From Azolla caroliniana (taxonomy: Eukaryota > Plantae > Polypodiophyta), in contig JBHGNT010000007.1 in NCBI GenBank assembly GCA_043228905.1, positions 6,200,001 through 6,264,000 of the forward strand: 64,000 nt of DNA. The letters run 5' to 3'. Both the position numbers and the translations under genes were made by a program. The notes beneath the pieces are model-generated. The model saw only the letters and a list, made by a program, of their open reading frames with translations, did not search any database and was not told the origin of the DNA. Below, one piece after another: positions 1-10,359 of this stretch. Each line of letters starts with the position of its first letter. Positions within the stretch are counted from its first letter, which is position 1.

Positions 1-343
1 ACGCGAGCGGTTACAACCGAACAGGCCGGCGAACAGATGTCAATGCCTGCTCGTCTGCGCACGAAAGGGGGATAGGATGGAGGTGCTGCCGGAAGCACTC
101 GAGCGTTCCTCGAAGCAGCGCGAGCCTCTCGAAAACCTGCAGAGAAGAGCGATGGAGAACGAACAGAGGAGAAGCATTCGGTTACCGTCCGACAGCACTT
201 CGTCCTCCTCAATAATATAATGCCCCCCATCTCCCCGCGTCTCCCTCTCTTTTATAGCTTCAAGAAGGGCCAGTTCACGTGTGAAGAGCCGGTTCACGCG
301 CGCTATGCACCGATTGCGCTAAGGGACGGTTTTCTTCACGACA
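1..343 (-). mobile_element. Partial Ty3/gypsy LTR (5' end at 343), runs off the window start
   Basis: The reverse complement begins TGTCGTGAAGAAAACCGTCCC, like the LTR at 51949. It is flanked by ACGT at 344-347. Confidence 0.8.
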
Positions 344-710
344 ACGTGGAAACCCTAAAACAAGGAAAACCACGGGTGAACAGAAACTTCACTATACAAA
401 TAGTGGATATACACCGCTGAGAAGGTTACAACACTTTGTCGAGTGTATCAGCCGCATAGGGCTCTTCACGTCTGCTATTACACAGCTATGGCGCGGCTCA
501 CACTTCTTCTCTCTCACTCTCTCTCTCTCTCTCTCTGTTTCTAGAGTTCTAACTCTGTTCATCACAAACACACTCTGCACACACATCACATAAAGTTTGC
601 CCTAGTTGCATATATACTTACACAACTTTCCGGTTTATTTACATACGTAGCCCTCATGGGGCTCACTTAGACTATTTACAGACATAGTCTCCCGAGTTGG
701 CTATTTACAC
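344..710 (-). mobile_element. Ty1/copia-type LTR remnant interrupted by the gypsy LTR at 343
   Basis: The ACGTGGAAACCC...GGAAAACCACGG, (CT)n and GCCCTAG..TATTTACA motifs are shared with copia LTRs A, D, E and F. The right boundary is unclear. Confidence 0.6.
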
Positions 711-1202
711 AATTTCGGATTCGGCCGAGGCCCAGTCCCTCATCAACTCGGCTCCTGTAGTCCCACTGGAGGGACATATCCCAACCCTTTCCTCCTCTTT
801 TTTCGGCGTGGACGGTCTTCCCTCCTCCTTCGAAGGCTCGTGTGGCGGTGTCAGAGGTTGATCCACCTCGTGCCTTCCTGAAGCTTCCAGTTCTGTTATC
901 GCCGGTTCCAGTGTCGGTATATTATCCGATTCCTCGTCCTCCGGTCCGTCTGGGGTGTCATGACTGCTACAGTAATTCGAATGTGCGTTGTACTCAGCAT
1001 CCGTATCCGATTCAAACGCCGAAAATGGTTCCGAATCGCCTTCTCCTGCTGCTAATGCCTGTAGGATGGATTCTGCTTCCTTTAGAGTACATAAACTGCT
1101 TCCTTCGTTTGGATGGGAATTTTGCTGCAAACAGAGTGACTCTGCAGCCACTCGTCGGATCACCTTTGAAAAGGATCGATCCGCGTGGATTTCTTCTGCC
1201 AC
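705..1202 (-). other. Acidic/Pro-rich ORF fragment of unknown identity, probably TE-associated, cut by the insertion at 1215
   Basis: 165-codon ORF with no recognisable domain, lying next to the copia LTR remnant in the same orientation. Confidence 0.25.
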
Positions 1203-1519
1203 CTGGTGCTATGCTGTCGTGTGGTTTTTCACACACAATATGAAAACTAGTAAAATAATTATTTAAGATTAGCTTAATGTATTCATATAGATAGGTGTCT
1301 TCAAGAGTTTCATAGCGTATTTTACTACGCATGAAACGGATAAACAAGTATCAAGCTATGTGAGTGTGAAGTTTGAAGAAGAAGAAAGAAAAGACAAAAT
1401 TGTGAGATATCCCATATAGATAGGACAACATTGGAACCCAGGAAATATAAGGGAAACCAAAACATATTCATTCTATCAATGTGTGGAACACAGAATGTTC
1501 AAGGTGACTTGGGCTACAT

Positions 1520-1912
1520 TGTGTGGTGTGCACGCTTCGGGCGTACGTGCGTGTGCATGGCCGATTGGACGTTTTCGGACGTACGCACACATGGACGTCT
1601 TCGGATGTACGCGCGTGTGCAAGTTTCGAGCGTACACGTGGACGTTTCGGACAAACACGTATGGGTGGACACGCGTGCCGATGCGTGTGTGTGCACGCGC
1701 ACATGCGTGGATGCGTACACTACGGCGCGTTCGAGACTTTTTGCACACGGATGCGTACACGGTGCAGGTTGGACGCGCGCGCGCGTGGATGCGTACACTA
1801 CGGCGCGGTCGGGATGCGCGCATGCGTGGATGCGTACACTACTACGCGGTCGGGACTTTTGCGTGCGGACGCGTCTACGGTTTGGTTGCAATGCACGTAC
1901 GGATTGTGCACA
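1520..1912. repeat. Alternating purine-pyrimidine, CpG-dense array inside the G1 LTR
   Basis: Repeated GCGTGGATGCGTACACTACGGCGCG, ACGCGT and GTGCAC units. The counterpart lies at about 16310-16627. Confidence 0.8.
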
Positions 1913-1963
1913 GGCTAAACTTTATGGATGATTGTGTCATTTGGCCGAATTATACAGACAATC

Positions 1964-2095
1964 GCATGCAACCAAAAGCCAAGGCCATGCAACTAAAAGT
2001 AAAATGCATGCATCTAAAAATGGAAGCATGCAACTAAAAGTAGAGGCCATGCAACTAAAAATAGAGGCCATCCAACTAAAAGTGGGCATGCAAAG
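1964..2095. repeat. ~21-bp tandem repeat (GGCCATGCAACTAAAA..) in the G1 LTR
   Basis: About six degenerate CATGCAACTAAAA units. Confidence 0.75.
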
Positions 2096-2544
2096 CAACA
2101 TTGGGGAGGAGGATCAACGAGGAGCTCGATATATGTCCCATTTTTTCCTTCCTAGTTTTTTTTTCCCTTTTTTTTTCTTCCCTCTCGGATTCGAGAAACA
2201 AATTATCTCACATATTGATATCAAACTCCTAGCTTTGTTTACTTGATCTTTCTTGTCAAAAATTATCTCTCGTATTCATATCGGACCACTCCTTGCATGG
2301 TTGTTGGCTCCTTTCTTTGAAAAATTAATCTCTCATTTCCATACCCAACCCATTGTAACACGATTCTAAAATTACAAAGAATCGATTTTCTTTTGCAATA
2401 AACTAATGATTTGTCTCTCCCACTTGTCTTATGCTTAAAGTTTGCTTGTGTTGTACATGTTGCTCTAAATCCTTCTAGTCCAGAACCCTGACGGTTCCGT
2501 CTCACGATCCGCACATAGTGACGGATTTTCACGACATAATTAAG

Positions 2545-2562
2545 TGGTGAACCCGATGTGAA
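2545..2562 (+). promoter_or_regulatory. PBS complementary to the tRNA-Trp 3' end
   Basis: TGGTGAACCCGATGTGAA, against the plant tRNA-Trp end TTCACGTCGGGTTCACCA (recalled, not looked up). Confidence 0.85.
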
Positions 2563-2572
2563 AGAGGCGGTA

Positions 2573-4622
2573 GGAAGGATATTAAGTGCAACAATGGCTT
2601 CAGCAAGCGGAACTCAAGGAGAGGAATTAACGAAAGGTATGGTGTCCATAGTGGAATACATGCTCAAGGTGAGAGATCGAGAAGCTTTAATCGACAAAGT
2701 TGTTGATCGTACGGTCGAGATAGCTGGACGATTTGGTGGCAAGAACATCATGGATTTTCTTGCTACCTATCGGAACGAGATGCAACAAAGGGATGTCAAC
2801 GATCTCAAACAAATTTCTAGCTTCAAACGTGTGGTGGAACCACGGATTCGGGAGCGCATCATGGAGATCCAAAGCGAGCATGCAACTTGGGCGGAGTTCG
2901 AAAAGGCGCTTCTCGCCGAATACATGCTTGAACTCGCATCGCAGATGACTGGACATACGCTAATGTCTTGGATGAGAAGAAAGGGAAGAATATGTGTGCG
3001 TCTGGAGTATATGCCGAATTCGACTAGAAGTATAACCGACTATCGAGTGTTGATCAACGAGTTCTCAATGGAGGCAGTGGATGCGAAAGATCGGCGTGAA
3101 TTGGGTAACTTTTTGGAGGATGAAACACAACCAAATGGCTTGGTAGCGGACTGGGCGGCGGTGAGGAAGGCTTGTAGCCGTCTTGATAAGCGTCGACAAT
3201 GGCAAGAGGAAACTGATATAGAGAATCCACAATCGTGGAGGAGGAAGGCACCTGTGACGATTGAGTCTAACAAGCCGATCAACACTTTCGACAAGAAAGC
3301 GATGGAGGAATCTATAATCGAAGAGCTCTCCAAGAAGTTTGAAGCGGTATCGCTAGCCAACTTAGGTCGACGTGGGCCGAAGGGAAAAGAAGCGTATAGA
3401 TGTGTGTGGTGCGACAGTTTCGAACACTCGCAAAGGGAGTGCACTGACTTGCAAGACGCGATTCGCAAGAATGTCGTCTATTTGGACGGCAACATGATCC
3501 ACTGGAGTGAGACCCGGAAGCCACTACAAGTGAACTTCGGAAGAGGCGGGCTGAAAAAGATCGTGGAAGAGGAAGATGCAAGGCATGTGGAAACCATGCA
3601 CTACGCCGCATCGGCGGGAGTACGAGTCGGAAGAGAGAATCTAAAGACGATCAAACCGGGAGTTGGGTTTTGGCCAACGGTATTCGAGTTTGAAAAGAAG
3701 GGAAAGATAGATTTGGAGGATCTCAAACATGCTGATCAGAATGTGTGACGATAACACAAGCTTTGCGGAGGTTGTGTGTGACAACTATGAGGCTCTTGTC
3801 GAAGAGAAGAGGAAAAGAACCGGTGAAGAAGATGGCACCTCAAAGCGTCACAATACAAGGAATGCAGGGAAAGAAGGACAAGCCCAACCTACGCCACGAA
3901 AAGAGATAGGAGAAACAAGCATGAAGCCCGGTGGATCGAGCCAACCTTCTCGGATGGAAGTCGATGAATCTATGAAGAAAGGAAAGGAACGAGTGGTGCC
4001 GACTTACAAGCTAAGGTCAGAAATAGAACAAACAACCAACTTGCGGAAGGTCCTTGAGGAGAAGGTTTTAGACAGTCATGTCGACCTTACTTTGAGAGAG
4101 CTACTTGGGATCGCTAAGAAGGAGTTCCACGATACAATCGTGGACTTGATTAAGTGGAAGCGGCAACAATCAGATGACGAAGAGGTGAAAACAAGTACCA
4201 TAACCATGGCAAGATCCGAAGAGGAGGAGGAAGAAGAAGTGATGATGGACAGTCATTACTCTCGGCCTCATTGGGCAAGAGCGACAACGGAGACCGGAGA
4301 CGCCGGTGAAGATTGGAGAGAAGAAGGAGACCGTGACCTAGCCTTGATTGACCATGGTTTGGAGATCAACCTCATGTCGAACGAATTCTACAAGAAAGGA
4401 AGATGGCCGATCAACACAAACCACGGATGGAAGATACAAGTGGCAACGAAGGCCACGGAAGACTTGTACGGAGCTTGCCCCAATGTTAAAGTCACAATCG
4501 GAGATGAGGAGATGGATCAACACTTCTTCGTGCAAGACTCAACTTCACATCCCGTCATCCTAGGACAACCATATATCACATTGTCCCGGATGGAGACTAA
4601 GGTGTTCGATAATGGAGCGGCA
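2573..4622 (+). pseudogene. gag: G1 gag-protease, frameshifted and interrupted by copia A
   Basis: CVWCDSFEHSQREC zinc knuckle, LRELLGIAKKEFHD, RPHWARATTET and LIDHGLEIN protease motif. Confidence 0.85.
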
Positions 4623-4903
4623 TGTTGGGAACTTGACGTTCCTTATGTCCGACGCTCGGCCACAACCGAGATTATTTACATACACAGAAAAACAGGTAAT
4701 GAAACGCGACACAAAAGAGGAGAAGGAGAGGTGCACAGGAGGTATACGTGGAAAAACCCCAAAATAGGGAAAAAACCACGGCAGCCCACAAGCTGCAAAC
4801 TGTCACTATGCAGAAATATACAACAGTGAGATCACCGAGGCAACGACCTCGTGCTCTCAGATCTTCGCCACAGGCGGCGGTTACAACAGAGGCAACGACC
4901 TCG

Positions 4904-4943
<40 letters not shown>

Positions 4944-5493
4944 CAGTTACGCGCTCTGATTTCTTCTTGCACCAACAAGAAAGAAGAACAACAAGAATGA
5001 CAACCAACCTAAAAGTTTGCCCTAGGTCATATTTATACTAATATGAATCTTCGGCTATTTACAAATGTAGCCTCGATGGGCTCCATCCGACTCTCCGCAG
5101 TCGGGTTCTCCTCATCCGGTTCATACCGGGCCTGTACCATCCGACTCTCCCAGAAGTCGGGTACTCCTCATCCGGTTCATACCGGGCCTGCACCATCCGA
5201 CTCTCCGAAGTCGGGTTCTCCTCATCCGGTTCATACCGGGCCTGTACCATCCGACTCTCCCAGAAGTCGGGCACTCCTCATCCGGTTCATACCGGGCCTG
5301 CACCATCCGACTCTCCGAAGTCGGGTTCTCCTCATCCGGTTCATACCGGGCCTGTACCATCCGACTCTCCCAGAAGTCGGGCACTCCTCATCCGGTTCAT
5401 ACCGGGCCTGCACCATCCGACTCTCCGAAGTCGGGTTCTCCTCATCCGGTTCATACCGGGCCTGCACCATCCGGAGGGACCTGTCTACCAACA
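4623..5493 (-). repeat. Copia A 3' LTR
   Basis: TGTTGG...CCAACA termini, adjacent to PPT AGGGGGAGTT. Confidence 0.95.
5086..5474. repeat. U3 tandem repeat, alternating 56/54-bp units (110-bp dimer), 7 units
   Basis: CTCATCCGGTTCATACCGGGCCTG starts at 5111, 5167, 5221, 5277, 5331, 5387 and 5441. Confidence 0.9.
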
Positions 5494-5503
5494 AACTCCC
5501 CCT

Positions 5504-7806
5504 TCACTCCGGCATGGGGTGTCTTTCCAGCCCGATCCTCTTCCGGCATGCGTCCAGCTTGTCGTGTGTCAGCACTTTGGTCAGCATATCCGACCCGTTC
5601 TCGGCCGTGTGGATCTTCGCCAGTGCGAACTCTTGGTCATCTACCCTTTCCCGAATCCAGTGATACCTCCGCTGGATATGCTTCGTCCGGGAATGGTAGG
5701 CCGCATTCTTAACAAGGTGGATGGCACTTTGACTGTCGCAGTAGAGTCGGTATTCCTCTTGCTGGATACCGAGCTCTCCGATGAAGTCCTTCATCCATAA
5801 TATTTCCTTGCCAGCTTCCACAGCCGCCATGTACTCCGCTTCTGTGGTTGACAATGCAACCGTCTTCTGCAGCCTTGACTGCCACGAGACAGCTCCCCCT
5901 GCATATGTCATCACATACCCGGATGTAGACCGGCTGGTATCCACATCAGCCGACATGTCCGAATCGGTGAAACCGTCCAGTTGAGGTTTTCCGGTGCCGA
6001 ATCGGAGGCACATATTTGAAGTGCCCTTCAAATACCGGAGTATCCACTTGACCGCGATCCAATGCTCCTTGCCGGGATTACTCATGAACCGGCTCACCAC
6101 TCCGACTGCGTATCCAATGTCCGGTCGGGTACAAACCATTGCATACATCAAGCTCCCGACGGCAGAGGCATATGGAATCTTCATCATATCTGCCTTCTCT
6201 CCTTTTGTCTTCGGGCTTTGCTTGCCGGACAACTTGCAGTTTGCCGGAAGTGTCGATCCGACCGGTTTTGCATCTGACATGTTGAACCGGTGAAGCACTT
6301 TTGTAACATACTTCTCCTGTGACAGCCATAGTTGCTTCACTGACCGGTCCCGAATGATGTGCATCCCCAACATCTGTCTTGCCGGACCCAAGTCCTTCAT
6401 TGAGAAGGTCCGGTTGAGAGCCTTCTTCAGCATCCGTATCTTTCCTTGGTCTCGTCCGACGATCAACATGTCATCCACATACAGGAGGAGTATCAGGAAG
6501 TCCCCTCCTTCGAACTTCTTCACAAACACGCAGTGATCGGCATAAGTCTTGTGGTACCCTTGATCGGTCATGAAGGAGTCGAACTTCCGATACCATTGCC
6601 GGGGAGCCTGCTTCAGTCCGTATAGGCTCTTCTTCAACCGGCATACCAGGTGCTCCTTCCCTTTCTCCACAAATCCTTCCGGTTGCTGCATGTAGATCTC
6701 CTCTTCGAGGTCGCCGTGAAGGAATGCCGTCTTCACGTCCAGCTGCTCTACCTCGAGATCCATACTTGCTGCTATACTCAGCACCGTCCGGATGGAGGTC
6801 ATCTTTACTACCGGGGCGAATATTTCGTCGAAGTCCACGCCCTTCTTCTGCTGGAACCCCTTCACCACGATCCTGGCTTTGTATCTCGGGGGGTTGCCGG
6901 CATCACCCGGTTTCAACTTGAATACCCACTTGTTTCGGAGTGCCCGCTTTCCTTTCGGCAGCTCCACCAATTCGTACGTATGGTTCTCATGCAGGGAATC
7001 CATCTCATCCTGCATGACACTTAACCATTTTCGGCTGTGGGTGTCAACCTTCGCTTCTTCGAAGCTTTCCGGCTCCCCCTCATCGGTCAGCAGTACATGC
7101 TCTGCATCCGGAGATCTCCGGGGCGCCCTTCTCTCTCTGAGAGGATATCTACGTCTTCGGGCTTCGGTAATCGGTTCCTCCATTTGCTCTTCATCCGAAT
7201 CCGATTCGGGATCTTGACCGGTTCTGGTCTCAGCTTCCTCTACTTCTTCTTCTGCCAGTTCGGTATCCTCACCGTAACCGGCTGGTTCCTCGAGTGTTAA
7301 CCGGTCTCTTGCCGGTTGGGTCTGCTCATTGTAGAGTCTATCGTTACCGGTCGACTCGGAGTTCACTATCTTCTTCTCCGACTCCCAGTCGGCGAGCGTC
7401 TTGTCCTCCATGAAGATAATATCTCGACTCCGGAATACCTTCTTGTCGACCGGGTCCCACACTCGGTAGCCGAACTCGTCGTCACCGTAACCGAGGAATA
7501 TGCATGGCCGGGTCTTTGGATCTAGCTTTCCTCTCCGGTCCTTTGCTACATGCACGTACGCGAGACACCCGAACACCCTTAGATGCCGGTAGGACACTTC
7601 CTTACCGGTCCATACTCTCTGTGGCGTGTCTCCGTCCAAGGGTACTGAGGGTGATCTGTTTATCACATATGTCGCCGTCGACAGTGCCTCAGCCCAAAAC
7701 TTCTTGGGTAGTTTTGCATGCGTTAGCATACTCCGGACCCTCTCCATTATGGTCCGGTTCATCCTCTCAGCCAGTCCGTTTAGTTCCGGCATCTTCGGCA
7801 CGGTAA
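5504..7806 (-). pseudogene. pol: Copia A pol C-terminal part (IN C-half, RT, RNase H)
   Basis: NGLAERMNRT, QLDVKTAFLHG, YGLKQ, YVDDML and SDMLTK motifs. Separated from its N-terminus by D. Confidence 0.92.
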
Positions 7807-7811
7807 ATTCG

Positions 7812-8425
7812 TGTTGGGAAAACGACCCTTCTATTAACCTTCACCGCTCGGCCACAACCGAGTAATCGCGAATCAATGGAGCAGAAAATGGGAAATACAA
7901 AGATTAGAGAGGACACACGATTTATCGTGGAAAACCCTGTACGGGAAAAACCAGGGGAGTACAAGACTCCAAACCAACACTATGCACAGAAAGGTATACA
8001 ATGGCGAGCTGCAAGGCGACGACCTTGAGCTCGCTGTCCTCGCCACAGGCGGCGGAAATACACAGAGGCGTTGTCCTCTTCCTCTCTCGCGCTCTATCTC
8101 TCTCTCTCTCTCTCTCACGGCTGCTCTCACTTCACTCTTCTAGAGTGGAAAAACAGAAAAATGAATAGCAACAACAAAACAGTTTGCCCTAAGTCATATT
8201 TATACATATATGACTTTGGGGCTATTTACAACTATAGCCTCAGGGGGCCCTTAGCTGACATATTCGTGGATATGTCCCTGCATCCGGATCTCTTCTTCGG
8301 GTACATTCGTCATCCGACTCCGAAGTCGGGGTCTTCATCATCCGGTTCCGAAACCGAAACCGGGCTGGTCGGCATTCATCCCCGATATCCGACCATCCCA
8401 TCCGAAAGGGACCGTAATCCCAACA
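7812..8425 (-). repeat. Copia D 3' LTR
   Basis: Reverse complement of 9716-10329; PPT at 8426-8435. Confidence 0.93.
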
Positions 8426-8435
8426 AACTCCCCCT

Positions 8436-9533
8436 TCACTTCGGCATGGGATGTCTTTCCAATCCGATCCTCTTCCGGCATGCTTCCAGCTTGTCGGGTG
8501 TGAGCACCTTGGTCAGCATATCCGACCCGTTCTCGTCCGTGTGGATCTTCGTCAGCACGAACTCCTTGTCTTCTATCCTTTCCCGGATCCAGTGATATCT
8601 TCGCTGGATGTGCTTCGTCCGGGAGTGATAGGCCGCGTTCTTCGCAAGGTGGATTGCACTCTGACTGTCACAGTAGAGTCGGTACTCCTCCTGCCGGATA
8701 CCGAGCTCTCTAATGAAGTCCTTCATCCATATTACTTCCTTGCCGGCTTCAACAGCCGCCATGTACTCCGCCTCCGTAGTTGACAACGCAACCGTCTTCT
8801 GCAGCCTCGACTGCCATGAAACAGCTCCCCCTGCATACGTCATCACATACCCTGATGTGGACCGGCTGGTATCTGCATCAGCCGACATATCCGAATCGGT
8901 AAAGCCGTCGAGTTCGGGCTTACCGGAGCCGAATCGGAGGCACACGTTTGCCGTGCCCTTCAGGTATCGGAGTATCCACTTGGCCGCGTTCCAATGCTCT
9001 TTGCCGGGATTGCTCATGTACCGGCTCACCATTCCGACTGCATATCCGATGTCCGGTCTCGTACACACCATGGCGTACATCAAGCTCCCGACGGCTGAGG
9101 CATATGGTACTTTCATCATATCCTCCTTTTCAGCCTTTGTCTTGGGACTTTGCTTGTTGGACAGCTTGCAGTTTGCCGGGAGGGTCGATCCGACCGGTCT
9201 TGCTTCCGACATGTTGAACCGGTGAAGCACCTTCGTCACGTACTTCTCCTGTGACAGCCACAACTGCTTCTTCTTCCGGTCCCGGATGATGTGCATCCCT
9301 AGTATTTGTCTCGCCGAACCCAGGTCCTTCATTGAGAAGGTTCGGTGAAGAGCCTTCTTCAGCATCCGTATCTTGACCTGGTCCCGTCCGACGATCAACA
9401 TGTCGTCCACGTACAGGAGGAGTATTAGGATGTCTCCTCCTTCGAACTTCTTCACAAACACGCAGTGGTCGGACTGCGTTTTGAGGTACCCTTCGTCGGT
9501 CATGAAGGAGTCGAACTTCCGGCACCATTGCCG
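8436..9533 (-). pseudogene. pol: Copia D RT C-half and RNase H
   Basis: RQW..YVDDML..SDMLTK; stops at the inversion breakpoint. Confidence 0.9.
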
Positions 9534-9536
9534 AGA

Positions 9537-9715
9537 GAAGCTGTGGGCCACACCGCTGAAGACAAAGGATCAGGTGTTATACGTCTTCAAAGAGCTCCAC
9601 GCGAGAGTGGAAAGAGAAACCGGTAGGAAGCTGAAGGCGGTTCGAGCAGATAACGGAGGTGAGTACCGGGGGCAGTTCGAGGAGTACTGCCGCTCGAAGG
9701 GAATCCGGCTCGAAT
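9537..9715 (+). pseudogene. pol: Inverted fragment of the copia A integrase
   Basis: KLWATPLKTKDQV...RADNGGEY...GIRLE, which continues into 7806 when re-inverted. Confidence 0.88.
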
Positions 9716-10329
9716 TGTTGGGATTACGGTCCCTTTCGGATGGGATGGTCGGATATCGGGGATGAATGCCGACCAGCCCGGTTTCGGTTTCGGAACCGGA
9801 TGATGAAGACCCCGACTTCGGAGTCGGATGACGAATGTACCCGAAGAAGAGATCCGGATGCAGGGACATATCCACGAATATGTCAGCTAAGGGCCCCCTG
9901 AGGCTATAGTTGTAAATAGCCCCAAAGTCATATATGTATAAATATGACTTAGGGCAAACTGTTTTGTTGTTGCTATTCATTTTTCTGTTTTTCCACTCTA
10001 GAAGAGTGAAGTGAGAGCAGCCGTGAGAGAGAGAGAGAGAGAGATAGAGCGCGAGAGAGGAAGAGGACGACGCCTCTGTGTATTTCCGCCGCCTGTGGCG
10101 AGGACAGCGAGCTCAAGGTCGTCGCCTTGCAGCTCGCCATTGTATACCTTTCTGTGCATAGTGTTGGTTTGGAGTCTTGTACTCCCGTGGTTTTTCCCGT
10201 ACAGGGTTTTCCACGATAAATCGTGTGTCCTCTCTAATCTTTGTATTTCCCATTTTCTGCTCCATTGATTCGCGATTACTCGGTTGTGGCCGAGCGGTGA
10301 AGGTTAATAGAAGGGTCGTTTTCCCAACA
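9716..10329 (+). repeat. Copia D 5' LTR (inverted)
   Basis: TGTTGGGATT...TTCCCAACA, followed by PBS TGGTATCAGAGC at 10333-10344. Confidence 0.93.
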
Positions 10330-10359
10330 ATCTGGTATCAGAGCGAACTGCTGCAGAAA

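Larger units (their letters stand above)
1215..2536 (+). repeat. G1 5' LTR (~1.3 kb)
   Basis: TGTCGTG...CACGACA termini, followed by the PBS. Homologous in inverted orientation to 15682-16627 plus 29123-29572. Confidence 0.9.

Noticed and set aside
1431-2037. Overlapping Arg/Cys/Thr-rich ORFs
   Set aside because: Artefacts of a stop-poor purine-pyrimidine repeat in an LTR.
5086-5474. CRISPR-like regular repeats
   Set aside because: No unique spacers and no cas genes; these are tandem repeats inside LTRs.
7812-10329. DNA transposon or DIRS element with long terminal inverted repeats
   Set aside because: The repeats are copia LTRs with PBS, PPT and an inverted TSD, explained by the inversion.
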